A DNA stretch of 64,000 bases, taken from assembly GCA_020201275.1 (NCBI GenBank), contig JAIVHB010000133.1, positions 17,857 to 81,856 of the forward strand, in the 5' to 3' direction. Both the position numbers and the translations under genes were made by a program. Under the pieces are notes generated by a model. The model saw nothing but the letters and a program-made list of their open reading frames with translations, ran no database searches and was not told the DNA's origin. The stretch comes from Rhodothermaceae bacterium. GTDB lineage: Bacteria; Bacteroidota; Rhodothermia; Balneolales; Cyclonatronaceae. Of this stretch, positions 44,228-55,171 are shown in pieces; the stretch's first letter is position 1; each line of letters begins with the position of its first letter.

Positions 44228-45798
44228 ACACTACCGATCTCAATTCATTTTCAAAGTCTGTGCTTCCTGTAAAAAGGGTTTTGCTATCTGTAACCGACAA
44301 AGCAGGGCTCGAATCGTTCGCCGGAGCACTTAACGCCAGTGGAGCCGAGCTGATTTCAACCGGAGGCACTGCGGCAAGGCTCAGAAGTGCCGGCCTTAAA
44401 GTAAGGGATGTATCTGAGATCACAGGATTCCCCGAATGCCTCGACGGCCGTGTAAAGACCCTGCATCCATCGGTACACGGTGGTATTCTTGCCCGTAAAA
44501 ACAATACATCCGACATGCAGACCATTCAGGATCTTGAAATCAAGCCGTTCGATCTGATTGTAGTCAACCTCTACCCTTTCCGTGAAACGATAGCAAGACC
44601 CGGGTGCTCTGTTGAGGAAGCCATCGAAAACATTGATATCGGCGGGCCGGCCATGATTCGTGCAGCGGCCAAAAATTTCGACAGTGTCTGTGTTGTTACA
44701 TCACCAGATCAGTATGAGATACTTACGAACGAAATTGACGAATTTGGCGGGATTCGATATGAAACCAGACTTGCCTTCGCCCGTGAGGCGTTCAGCAAAA
44801 CCGCCCAATACGACAGCTGGATCAGTACCTATCTCGGCAGAACATCCGGGGAATCACTGCCTGAACGGCTGACCCTTGCCTTTGACAAGAGCGGAGACCT
44901 GCGGTACGGTGAGAATCCACACCAGGCAGCCGGGGTGTATGGTATTCAGCACGAACTGATCGATTGTTTCCATGGCAAGCAGCTCAGCTACAATAACTAC
45001 CTTGATGTGGAGGCGGCCCTCAACCTGGCCGTTCTCTTTAAAGACGACGAGCCGACCTGTATAATTATCAAGCATACCAACCCGTGTGGCATCGCCACCG
45101 CCGGTTCACTGACTGAGGCCTGGCTTAAGGCATTTGAAACCGATAAAAACTCACCTTTTGGCGGAATTGTCATCGTAAACCGAATACTGGAAATTGAAGC
45201 TGCCAGGGCAATTGATACAATTTTTACCGAGATCATACTGGCACCGGCTTACTCAGAAGATGCTCTGGAATTGCTCAAAGCTAAGGCCAACCGCCGTCTT
45301 ATAATCTACCGTAACACCGATATGCTGAAATCATCCTGGAATTCCCGCGGGATATTCGGTGGGATTCTGTATCAGCAATCCGATCTGGAAGATCTTGAGA
45401 AGGGTTCCCATAAGACTGTAACGGAACGCCGCCCAACACCCGACGAACTGCGTGATATGGAATTTGCCTGGAAGGTTGTACGCAGGGTCTCATCCAACGC
45501 AATTGTATTCGCCCGCAACCGGCAAACCCTCGGAATCGGAGGCGGCCAGACCAGCCGGGTCGAATCATCACGCATCGCGGTGGAAAAAGCGGCACGGGAA
45601 CAACTTGACCTAAGGAACAGTGTGATTGCATCGGATGCCTTTTTCCCATTTGCTGATGGCATTGAAGCCGCAGCGCGTGCTGGTGCTACGGCTGTTATTC
45701 AACCTGGCGGCAGCATGCGTGACCAGGAGGTGATCGATGCCGCCAACCGACACGGAATGGCAATGGTCTTTACCGGCAGACGTCATTTCAGGCACTGA
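44224..45798 (+). CDS. purH: Bifunctional AICAR transformylase / IMP cyclohydrolase
   Basis: 'RVLLSVTDKAGLESFA', 'STGGTA', 'LDGRVKTLHP', 'DIGGPAMIRAAAKN', 'GIGGGQTSRVES' and the C-terminal 'FTGRRHFRH'. ATGA overlap with purN. Confidence 0.97.
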   Translation: MNTTDLNSFSKSVLPVKRVLLSVTDKAGLESFAGALNASGAELISTGGTAARLRSAGLKVRDVSEITGFPECLDGRVKTLHPSVHGGILARKNNTSDMQTIQDLEIKPFDLIVVNLYPFRETIARPGCSVEEAIENIDIGGPAMIRAAAKNFDSVCVVTSPDQYEILTNEIDEFGGIRYETRLAFAREAFSKTAQYDSWISTYLGRTSGESLPERLTLAFDKSGDLRYGENPHQAAGVYGIQHELIDCFHGKQLSYNNYLDVEAALNLAVLFKDDEPTCIIIKHTNPCGIATAGSLTEAWLKAFETDKNSPFGGIVIVNRILEIEAARAIDTIFTEIILAPAYSEDALELLKAKANRRLIIYRNTDMLKSSWNSRGIFGGILYQQSDLEDLEKGSHKTVTERRPTPDELRDMEFAWKVVRRVSSNAIVFARNRQTLGIGGGQTSRVESSRIAVEKAAREQLDLRNSVIASDAFFPFADGIEAAARAGATAVIQPGGSMRDQEVIDAANRHGMAMVFTGRRHFRH

Positions 45799-45826
45799 CA
45801 TTATTTAATTCTGTGGTGTGAGTTAG

Positions 45827-46969
<1,143 letters not shown>

Positions 46970-46992
46970 ATCAACTGATATCTGAATGAAGG

Positions 46993-47835
46993 ATGTTCTT
47001 CCGAACTAAACAGCTCGAAAAAATACGGGACCATGTTATAACTGTTATTATACTGCTCACGGCGGTTACTATAATGGTAAACCGGCATGAGGGCGGGCTT
47101 AACAATATCAGAAAGGCATCGATCGCTATCGTCAGTTATCTTGAAGCACCGCTGGCCAATGTTCGGGTCTACCGCAGCGCATTGCAGACAAATACAAAAC
47201 TGCAGCAGGAAAATGTTCTGTTACTCGATGAGTTGAGCCGTTTACGCTCGGCAAGTGAACAGAACGAAGTACTCAAGCAGATGATTGACCTCAGGGACAG
47301 CTATGAATTTGATCTTCATCCAGTTCTCATCGTCAGCAAAAACCTGACCGGTATCAATAACTCAATTACCATTAATGCAGGTACAGATCATGGCATTAAA
47401 GTTGGCATGGCTGTTATCAATGCAGACGGTCTGGTTGGCCAGGTTATAATAACCGGGGAGCGTTTTTCACAGGTTCTGCCACTCTACAACCGGCTATTCC
47501 GGGCAAGTGTCAATATACAGGGCAGCCGGGCTTATGGAGTGACTTCATGGCCCGGAGCCACCCTTTTTGAGCTCGTGGTAAATTTTGTGCCAAAAACTAT
47601 TCCTGTTGAACCCGGCATGATTGTGGAAACCTCGGGGCTTAGCAATCAATTTCCTCCGAATATTCCTGTAGGAACTGTTTTGCGCAGTGTGCCGGTATCG
47701 GGCCAGGATACACAGCAGATTTACCTGGAACCATTCGTTTCACTTTATGATATTGCCGAGGCGTTTGTTGTGCTCTTCGACCCGGACCCTGAACTGGCGG
47801 ATATTGAACGAGAATTCAGGGAAATTTTCGAATGA
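46993..47835 (+). CDS. mreC: Rod-shape-determining protein MreC
   Basis: N-terminal TM segment, then a coiled coil ('LQQENVLLLDELSRLR'), then beta domains ('ITINAGTDHGIKVGMAVINADGLVGQV'). It sits between mreB and mreD. Confidence 0.85.
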   Translation: MFFRTKQLEKIRDHVITVIILLTAVTIMVNRHEGGLNNIRKASIAIVSYLEAPLANVRVYRSALQTNTKLQQENVLLLDELSRLRSASEQNEVLKQMIDLRDSYEFDLHPVLIVSKNLTGINNSITINAGTDHGIKVGMAVINADGLVGQVIITGERFSQVLPLYNRLFRASVNIQGSRAYGVTSWPGATLFELVVNFVPKTIPVEPGMIVETSGLSNQFPPNIPVGTVLRSVPVSGQDTQQIYLEPFVSLYDIAEAFVVLFDPDPELADIEREFREIFE

Positions 47836-48302
47836 ATAGCCTCAACATTCGACATCTGATATTTGGAGCCGGTTTTGTTTTACTTCAAATTGTCATATTC
47901 AGACATCTCAGCATTTATGATGCTGAACCCGATGTGGTGCTCTTATTCCTGCTCTGGCTTACTTCCAAGCGCGACCGGACATCCTGCCTGTTATTTGCCG
48001 CCGGACTCGGATTATTTCAGGATGCGTTGCTGGATTTATGGGGACTGCACATGTTCTCAAAAACACTGATGATCATGCTCATTTACAATTTTCTTCCACG
48101 GCATGCCGAAACAAGGCTATCGATATGGCAGGTTTTTCTGATAGTACTCATTGCCTCACTGCTGCATTATCTGATATTCATGACGTTAGGCTTGCTGGTT
48201 GAGACCTATGCAACTGATGCCTATTTCTATACTTACTGGATTGGGAACAGTATATATACAGCGGTGGCAGGTAGTTTGATCTATCTTTTGGCCTCCGACT
48301 AA
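47832..48302 (+). CDS. mreD: Rod-shape-determining protein MreD
   Basis: 156-aa polytopic protein. ATGA overlap with mreC, in the canonical position. Confidence 0.7.
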   Translation: MNSLNIRHLIFGAGFVLLQIVIFRHLSIYDAEPDVVLLFLLWLTSKRDRTSCLLFAAGLGLFQDALLDLWGLHMFSKTLMIMLIYNFLPRHAETRLSIWQVFLIVLIASLLHYLIFMTLGLLVETYATDAYFYTYWIGNSIYTAVAGSLIYLLASD

Positions 48303-48358
48303 TTTCCTTAAACGGTTTTTTTGCAACATAACCTGTTATATTTCATCGTTGCAGTGTA

Positions 48359-50239
48359 GTGTTTAATTCCCATATGCGAAATAAAAGTTCCCAAATAAGA
48401 TCAACTGTATCCATACGTGTACTGCAGGTTGTTGTAGGCATTACTTTCATAATTTTGCTTGGCAGGGTCATCCAGTTACAGCTCATCGAGTACGATACCT
48501 ACAGCCCCATCAGCCAGCGTAACAGTATCCGTCAGGAGTTCATCAGTCCGGCAAGAGGACTTGTATACGACAGGCACGGGAAGCTCATCATCGACAATCA
48601 GCCGACTTTTACCATCACCATTACACCGATCAATTTTAACAGGGAAAGCATTCCCCTGCTATCCAATATTACCGGATATACACCCGAGGAAATCGAAGAA
48701 CGCCTGCTTACTGCCCGCCGCTACTCATGGCACCGGTCATCCAGGCTTTTTACAGAGGTCAGCTTTGAGGTATTCTCGAAAATACAAGAGAACCTGTGGC
48801 GAATGCCGGGTATTGGGCACCAGATCGAAGGCATACGAAATTACCCTGCCACGGTTAACGGGTCGCATATATTCGGATATCTGCGTGAGGTGAATTTAAA
48901 CGAGATAGAACGCAACCCGTCTTACCGGCTGGGTGACAAAGCCGGCAGAAGCGGCATTGAGCAAACCTATGAAGATTTTCTGCGCGGTGAGGTTGGCACA
49001 CAATATGTTACAGTAAATGCATTTGGTCAGGAGATCAATCAGTTTGATGCCGGCCGGCACAATGAACCACCTCTCAAGGGCTCCGACGTACACACTTCTA
49101 TCGACCTTGAACTGCAAACGCTGGCCGAGGAGCTGATGAGGGGCAAAGTTGGGGGATTGGTGGCCATGGATCCGGGTACGGGCGGAATTCTGGCATTGGT
49201 AAGTTCACCGGATTTCGACATCAACATGCTGGCGGGGCGAATTGATGCAGAATACTGGAGACAGGTGAATAGCGACTCACTTACTCCCCTTTTTAACAGG
49301 GCCATCACAAGCATTCAGCCACCGGGTTCAACATTCAAGCCGATAATGGGGCTGATCGGTATGGAGTTGAATATCATTACACCACAGACCACCGTATTCT
49401 GCAATGGTGGATACTACCGTGGCAGATTATACCGCTGCACCGCCGAACATGGCAACCAGAATCTTGAACAGTCGATCAAAAACAGCTGCAATACCTACTA
49501 TTTCTGGATGATGAATCACATAGCACAGCGCGGGGGTATTAATGTGTGGAAAAATATGGTCGATGATTTCGGGCTTGGCGACAGAACAGGCATCGACATA
49601 CCCAATGAAACGCGTGGCATCATCCCCGACAGCAGCTATTTCAATCGTGCATTCGGTGTAAATCGCTGGGGAATAGGTGACCTGATCAATCTGGGTGTGG
49701 GACAGGGCGCCATGGGTGCCTCACCCCTTCAGATGGCCGTTGCCACATCGGTTATAGCCAACGGCGGCTACCGCGTGCAGCCCCACATAGTGAGTTCAAT
49801 ATCGCATGCTGACGGCAGCAGCGAGTTCAACAGCACCATAAAAGAGCGTATTGAGTGGATAAAACCCGGTCCCCTCAGCCTTGTACAACGAGGAATGCGT
49901 GCGGCTGTAACCGACGGATCAGGTCGTTTTTATGCTAACCTCACAGATGTTGAAGTGGCAGGAAAAACAGGCACGGCCCAAAACCCGCACGGTGAGAACC
50001 ACGGCTGGTTTATCGCCTATGCACCTTACGATGATCCAAAAATAGCAATAGCGGTACTGATCGAACAGGGAGGTTATGGATCCACCTCCGCCGCCCCGAT
50101 TGCGGGCCTGCTCATGGAGCAGTTTTTCTACGGCGAGATACGGCGACCCTGGATCATTGATCAGGTAATCAGGAGGCCACCTGCTCCGTCTGCTTCTGCG
50201 GCGGCATCAACACCAACCATACAGACAATAACCGACTGA
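48359..50239 (+). CDS. mrdA: Penicillin-binding protein 2 (elongasome transpeptidase)
   Basis: SxxK 'GSTFKP', SxN 'KNSCN', KTG 'GKTGTA'. GTG at 48359, with an alternative ATG at 48374. Confidence 0.93.
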   Translation: MFNSHMRNKSSQIRSTVSIRVLQVVVGITFIILLGRVIQLQLIEYDTYSPISQRNSIRQEFISPARGLVYDRHGKLIIDNQPTFTITITPINFNRESIPLLSNITGYTPEEIEERLLTARRYSWHRSSRLFTEVSFEVFSKIQENLWRMPGIGHQIEGIRNYPATVNGSHIFGYLREVNLNEIERNPSYRLGDKAGRSGIEQTYEDFLRGEVGTQYVTVNAFGQEINQFDAGRHNEPPLKGSDVHTSIDLELQTLAEELMRGKVGGLVAMDPGTGGILALVSSPDFDINMLAGRIDAEYWRQVNSDSLTPLFNRAITSIQPPGSTFKPIMGLIGMELNIITPQTTVFCNGGYYRGRLYRCTAEHGNQNLEQSIKNSCNTYYFWMMNHIAQRGGINVWKNMVDDFGLGDRTGIDIPNETRGIIPDSSYFNRAFGVNRWGIGDLINLGVGQGAMGASPLQMAVATSVIANGGYRVQPHIVSSISHADGSSEFNSTIKERIEWIKPGPLSLVQRGMRAAVTDGSGRFYANLTDVEVAGKTGTAQNPHGENHGWFIAYAPYDDPKIAIAVLIEQGGYGSTSAAPIAGLLMEQFFYGEIRRPWIIDQVIRRPPAPSASAAASTPTIQTITD

Positions 50240-51483
50240 TGAGCTGGTACAGACAAATAGACTGGATTACATTTCTGACATGGCTGTTCATTTCAGTAAT
50301 AGGTTTGGTTGCTATTTATAGTGCCACACAGGGGCCGCTGCATCAGGGCACCAACATACAGGGAAACTTCACAAAACAGCTTCTCTATATATGCATTGGC
50401 ATAGTAATACTGATAATCCTTCATTTCACTGCTCCACGTACGTTTCAACAGGTATCGTATCTGGGCTATGGTTTTGCCTTACTTTTGAGTATTACAACGA
50501 TATTTCTGGGTGTTGAGGTAAGCGGTGAAAAAAACTGGCTTCCCGTATTCGGCTTCAGGCTTCAGACATCAGAATTTCTTAAAGTAGCCACCATTCTTGC
50601 TGTAGCGAACTTTCTTACAAGCCGCAGAGAGAACCAGGCAGGCACCTTCCGAACGGCAGTTACAGCCACGCTCATGCTATTTATACCAGTAGTCCTGATT
50701 ATTATCCAGAGCGATACCGGTACCGCACTTGTTTTCATGGCGCTGATCCCCATCATGCTGCTTTGGTCTGGTGTACCATATGGCCTGTGCCTTCTAATGG
50801 TTTCACCGGTCATTATCGGCTACCTTACAGTGATCGACTATGTGTGGGGGCTGCTCGCAGCGGTAATAATAACAGCTACCTTTTTCTTTCTGGAAAAGAG
50901 ACCGCTGTTAACCTTCGGTACTTTCTTTGCAAGCATCATCATCGTAATCGGAGTTCAGGTGGGCCTTCACGACGTGCTGCAACCCCACCAGCGTTCCCGT
51001 ATTGAAGCGTTTGCTAACCCCGCTCTTGATCCACGGGGTGCCGGCTGGAATGTAATGCAGGCAAAAACCGCCATCGGATCAGGTGGTATATACGGAAAAG
51101 GCTTCATGCAGGGTACCCAGACTCAACTCAGGTTTCTGCCGGAGCAGAGTACCGACTTCATATTCTGTGTAATCGGTGAAGAAGGCGGCCTCATCTCCAC
51201 ATCGCTGGTGCTTATTTTGCTGGGTCTTCTGCTGATGAGGCTTCTGGGGCAGGCCGCTGCCCATAAACATCCGTTCGCCCAGTTATTCATCGTCGGGGCA
51301 TCCTCAATTTATCTGATCCATGTGGTCATAAACCTTGGGAGTGCCATGGGATTAATGCCGGTTATAGGCCTGCCCCTGCCCTTCCTTAGCTATGGAGGAT
51401 CATCATTCCTTGCCAACACGATAATGCTGGGTATCTGCATGAATTTCTTTTACCATCAGCGCGATTTCAGTATTTATTCCTGA
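50239..51483 (+). CDS. rodA: SEDS-family peptidoglycan glycosyltransferase RodA
   Basis: 'LPEQSTDFIFCVIGEEGG' and 'GLPLPFLSYGGSS'. TGATG overlap with mrdA. Its 3' end overlaps the convergent rnhB by 10 nt. Confidence 0.93.
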   Translation: MSWYRQIDWITFLTWLFISVIGLVAIYSATQGPLHQGTNIQGNFTKQLLYICIGIVILIILHFTAPRTFQQVSYLGYGFALLLSITTIFLGVEVSGEKNWLPVFGFRLQTSEFLKVATILAVANFLTSRRENQAGTFRTAVTATLMLFIPVVLIIIQSDTGTALVFMALIPIMLLWSGVPYGLCLLMVSPVIIGYLTVIDYVWGLLAAVIITATFFFLEKRPLLTFGTFFASIIIVIGVQVGLHDVLQPHQRSRIEAFANPALDPRGAGWNVMQAKTAIGSGGIYGKGFMQGTQTQLRFLPEQSTDFIFCVIGEEGGLISTSLVLILLGLLLMRLLGQAAAHKHPFAQLFIVGASSIYLIHVVINLGSAMGLMPVIGLPLPFLSYGGSSFLANTIMLGICMNFFYHQRDFSIYS

Positions 51484-52115
51484 GGTTGTATATACAACGT
51501 ATCGGTACCCAACCTGAAACCGGTGCGATGGTATTTGCAAAATCCAAACTTGCGCAAACCCTCTTTATGTTTCCGGGTAGGATAACCCACATTCCTGTTC
51601 CAGCCATAATGCGGGTACAGTTCATGCATCTGTACCATGAGCCTGTCTCTGTACACTTTAGCAAGGATAGATGCCGCACCAATCGAGGCCGACAGATCAT
51701 CGCCGCCTATGATACAATTGCCCGGAATTATTGAACCGATATGTGCATTGCCATCTACCAGCAGATACTCGGGCGAAGCATTTTCAGCTTCAGTACAACG
51801 CCGCATTGCAAGAAGTGAAGCCTTCAGAATATTGATTTCTGAAATCTCGGCAACTGAGCTCTCCTGAACTGTCCAGAACAGGGCTTTTTCCCGTATCTCA
51901 GCAGCCAGCTCCTGCCTGTATGCGGCTGAAAGCTTCTTACTGTCGCGGATTCCGTTTAGCCGGCTTCCCGGCACAAGGATTACACCAGCAGCTACAACGG
52001 GTCCGGCAAGGCAACCTCTGCCAACCTCATCAAGGCCCATCACCCTCCGGAAGCCCTCATTCCATAGCTTTTCCTCGTAATGATAATTTTGACGGATTAC
52101 CTGTTTGCGTATCAT
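51474..52115 (-). CDS. rnhB: Ribonuclease HII
   Basis: 'GLDEVGRGCLAGPVVAAGV' and 'DSKKLS'. The ORF track starts at a TTG at 52124. The ATG at 52115 ('MIRKQ') is taken here. Confidence 0.93.
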   Translation of the reverse strand: MIRKQVIRQNYHYEEKLWNEGFRRVMGLDEVGRGCLAGPVVAAGVILVPGSRLNGIRDSKKLSAAYRQELAAEIREKALFWTVQESSVAEISEINILKASLLAMRRCTEAENASPEYLLVDGNAHIGSIIPGNCIIGGDDLSASIGAASILAKVYRDRLMVQMHELYPHYGWNRNVGYPTRKHKEGLRKFGFCKYHRTGFRLGTDTLYIQPQE

Positions 52116-52300
52116 AACGGGCAAGTATAAAAAGCTTTTCAGTTCCGAAAAAGTTTTAATAGTATAAGTTGTGAATGAATCATTTTTATTTCACGTTGCT
52201 ATAGACAGAAAGTCGGAATACTACCTCGGTTTATAATACACTTCTGCTGCAATCAGTATCGGCATTTACAAAAAATCTATTTAACGACATACCTCCAGTT

Positions 52301-53407
52301 ATGCATTTTCGCTATTTAAAGTGGGACGAACGTTTTTCAAAAGATGGAAAAGAACCGGCATTCTCACGTCTTTTCGACCTGTTTCAGCAGTTGCTTACCA
52401 TTGCCAGCGGAGATGTGAGTCAGGCACTGAAATGGCTTACCGATCTCGACAAGCAGTATGGGCTCACCAGGGATGATGATTACAGCATGGGAGATTTCAT
52501 CCAGGAGCTGCAGGACAAAAACTATATCAAATTTGATGGGGATGAATCCCTGTTTGTGCCAACGGCAAAAACGGAGCGGTCACTCAGGCAGCGGTCGTTG
52601 GAAGAGATCTTCAAGGGACTAAAAAAAGGGCCACAGGGTGCGCATAAAAGTACACAGCAGGGAACGGGAACCGACCGTGAACCGGAAACAAGAAACTGGC
52701 AGTTCGGCGATGACACCCATAATATTGATTCTGTCGGTACCATCATGAATACACTACGCCACAGCAGCATAGATCGGTTTGACCTTAAAGAAGATGATTT
52801 ATTGGTACATGAAACCGATCACAACACGGCCGTTGCAACAGTCTTGATGATAGATCTCAGCCACTCCATGATCCTGTACGGTGAAGACCGGATAACACCG
52901 GCAAAAACTGTGGCTATGGGGCTGGCTGAACTCATTCTGAACCAGTACGCAAAAGACACACTCGATATTATTGCATTTGGAAACGATGCATGGTCTGTAT
53001 CAATTGATGAGCTGCCCTACCTCAGGGTTGGCCCGTTTCATACCAATACGCTTGCCGGGCTTGAGCTTGCCAGACATATTCTTCAAAGAAGAAAAAATAC
53101 GAACAAGCAGATTTTTATGATAACCGACGGTAAACCATCGGCGATGTATGAAAACGGACGGCTCTACAAGAACAGTTTCGGCCTGGACCGCAAGATAGTC
53201 AACCGGGTTCTCGATGAGGCGGTAAAATGCCGGCGTGAAAAAATACCCATCACTACATTTATGATCGCCAGTGATCCCTATCTGCAGAATTTCGTTCGTG
53301 ACCTTACCGAGGCAAACAACGGGCGGGCTTATTTTGCCTCACTCGATAACCTGGGCGGATATATATTCGAAGACTACATCAGAAACCGAATGAAAAGGGT
53401 GTTGTAA
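52301..53407 (+). CDS. von Willebrand factor type A (VWA) domain protein
   Basis: MIDAS 'VLMIDLSHSM' (DxSxS), 'HTNTLAGLELA' and 'IFMITDGKPS'. The N-terminal ~170 aa have no family I recognise. Confidence 0.75.
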   Translation: MHFRYLKWDERFSKDGKEPAFSRLFDLFQQLLTIASGDVSQALKWLTDLDKQYGLTRDDDYSMGDFIQELQDKNYIKFDGDESLFVPTAKTERSLRQRSLEEIFKGLKKGPQGAHKSTQQGTGTDREPETRNWQFGDDTHNIDSVGTIMNTLRHSSIDRFDLKEDDLLVHETDHNTAVATVLMIDLSHSMILYGEDRITPAKTVAMGLAELILNQYAKDTLDIIAFGNDAWSVSIDELPYLRVGPFHTNTLAGLELARHILQRRKNTNKQIFMITDGKPSAMYENGRLYKNSFGLDRKIVNRVLDEAVKCRREKIPITTFMIASDPYLQNFVRDLTEANNGRAYFASLDNLGGYIFEDYIRNRMKRVL

Positions 53408-53410
53408 AAA

Positions 53411-53444
53411 AAAGGCCGCTCCGTCATATGCGGTAGCGGCCTTT
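53411..53444. terminator. Bidirectional intrinsic terminator
   Basis: 10-bp stem AAAGGCCGCT (53411..53420) / AGCGGCCTTT (53435..53444) with additional inner pairing. It is preceded by an A-run and lies between convergent genes. Confidence 0.75.
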
Positions 53445-53465
53445 CGATTACTATGCGTAAATAAT

Positions 53466-54008
53466 CTATATATCGAGCTTAGTCATAACCCTCTCGGTGA
53501 TATTGAAGTTCGTACGAACTTCTTCTGAAACATACAATATGATGAAATCACCGTTATTGGTCATTGTATTAAGCACATAGGTAAGTTCCATCTCTGCGGC
53601 AACTTCATCAATGGCCGTTTGAATTTTACCAATAACCGGGCTGATAAGTTCAATCTGTTGCTGCTGAAGTTCCTGCTGTGCATTACCCTGTAGCTGCTGA
53701 AGTTCAACCTGCATACGGGTCAGGCTCTCTTCCTCTCTTTCACGGGCCTCTGCAGAAATCACAGAACGGCGGCGTTGAAAATCTTCGAGACGCTGAGCCA
53801 GTTCCATCTCTTTATCGGCAATCTCACGGTTTTTACGTTCCATGAAATTCTGGAGCCTGCGTTCAATAGATGCCATTTCAGGCATTCTTTCAAGAATAAC
53901 CATGGGCTCAACATATCCGATTTTCATATCGGACTGTGCCTGAAGGGTTTCGGTCTGCCCCAGGGCAAAGACCAAAAGCAGAAGGGGAAACAGTATAATT
54001 TTTTTCAT
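53466..54008 (-). CDS. OmpH/Skp-family periplasmic chaperone (copy 3)
   Basis: Signal peptide 'LLLLVFALGQTETLQAQ', 'KIGYVEP' start, then a long coiled-coil arm rich in E/Q/R. Confidence 0.8.
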   Translation of the reverse strand: MKKIILFPLLLLVFALGQTETLQAQSDMKIGYVEPMVILERMPEMASIERRLQNFMERKNREIADKEMELAQRLEDFQRRRSVISAEAREREEESLTRMQVELQQLQGNAQQELQQQQIELISPVIGKIQTAIDEVAAEMELTYVLNTMTNNGDFIILYVSEEVRTNFNITERVMTKLDI

Positions 54009-54027
54009 TTCGGTACTCCGGTTCAGA

Positions 54028-54555
54028 TTACTGAGTTAATTTATTAATGACTTTTTGGGTTATATCAAGATTACTCTTCGCCATGGCCGATGAGAAAACA
54101 ATGATAGGCTGCGCATTACCCGTTTCCTGGTTGAGCACGTAATCCAGCCCTTGCTCTGCCGCAACTGCAGCAATGGCCTCTTCAATTTCGATCATAAGGG
54201 GCTGCATCAATTCATTCTGGCGTTGTTTTACTTCCGTCTGCAGAACAGTCAGCCGCTGATTAAGCTGCTGATCTCTTTGCCGGAGTCTGTTCTCTTCGCT
54301 GGTACGATTTTCCTGGCTCATGCCTTCACTGGCTTCCCTGAAAGCAACCAGTTCTTCCTGGAATTCACTGATTTCCACTTCATATTCCTGCTCTTTTTCC
54401 TGAATAAGCTCAGAGATGCGCCGTTCAATTACCTCGCGCTCAGGCAGGGCTTCGAGAACCGCCTGGGGGTTTATATAACCCACTTTATGTTGTGAGTACG
54501 CTGACCCCGCTGTTATGAGCAGGATGAGCACCATCAGATATGTCTTTTTTATCAT
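54028..54555 (-). CDS. OmpH/Skp-family periplasmic chaperone (copy 2)
   Basis: Signal peptide 'LILLITAGSAYSQ', 'KVGYINPQAVLEALPE', coiled-coil arm. Confidence 0.8.
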   Translation of the reverse strand: MIKKTYLMVLILLITAGSAYSQHKVGYINPQAVLEALPEREVIERRISELIQEKEQEYEVEISEFQEELVAFREASEGMSQENRTSEENRLRQRDQQLNQRLTVLQTEVKQRQNELMQPLMIEIEEAIAAVAAEQGLDYVLNQETGNAQPIIVFSSAMAKSNLDITQKVINKLTQ

Positions 54556-54605
54556 TTTTAAATGATCAGGTTAGTATTAACAAAAATAAAACGTCGAAAA
54601 ACTAA

Positions 54606-55163
54606 TTATCTTGCAGGCTGATCAACCTGTATTCCCATTTCCAGCAGTACTTCATTACTGATGTTCCACTGTGGCCTGGTATACAGGAACAGGAAATCGC
54701 CAGCCCTGTCGAACACGAAATCAAATCCGTCGCGTGCGGCAACTTTGTCTGTAGCCTCAACAATACGGAGTTGTATCGGCTCCAGTAATTGCTGCTGCTG
54801 TTTGAAATAGTCGCCATCGGGACCAAACTTGCTTTGTAAGAAACGTTCACGGTCCCTGATTTTATTGTCTATTTCGGTAAGTTTCTGCTGACGCTGTTCA
54901 CTTGTAAAGAGAATTTCCCTGGCCTGAAATTCCTGCTTAAGACGTTCAATTTCTGCCTGCATGCGGTCGATCTCCTGTTGCCATTCCTGGCTTACCTGCC
55001 TGAGCCTCTGATCGATACCGGTGTATTCAGGCATGTTCGAAAGGATGTATTCGGAATCAATAAATCCGATTTTCTGATTTTGTGCCTGCATCCCTTCAAC
55101 GGTCGCAGCAAGTGCAACACATGAAAGAGCGGTCACAAAATATGCAAAGGAATAGAATTTCAT
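54606..55163 (-). CDS. OmpH/Skp-family periplasmic chaperone (copy 1)
   Basis: Signal peptide, 'KIGFIDSEYILSNMPEY', coiled-coil arm. It lies directly downstream of bamA. Confidence 0.8.
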   Translation of the reverse strand: MKFYSFAYFVTALSCVALAATVEGMQAQNQKIGFIDSEYILSNMPEYTGIDQRLRQVSQEWQQEIDRMQAEIERLKQEFQAREILFTSEQRQQKLTEIDNKIRDRERFLQSKFGPDGDYFKQQQQLLEPIQLRIVEATDKVAARDGFDFVFDRAGDFLFLYTRPQWNISNEVLLEMGIQVDQPAR

Positions 55164-55171
55164 AGATTCGG

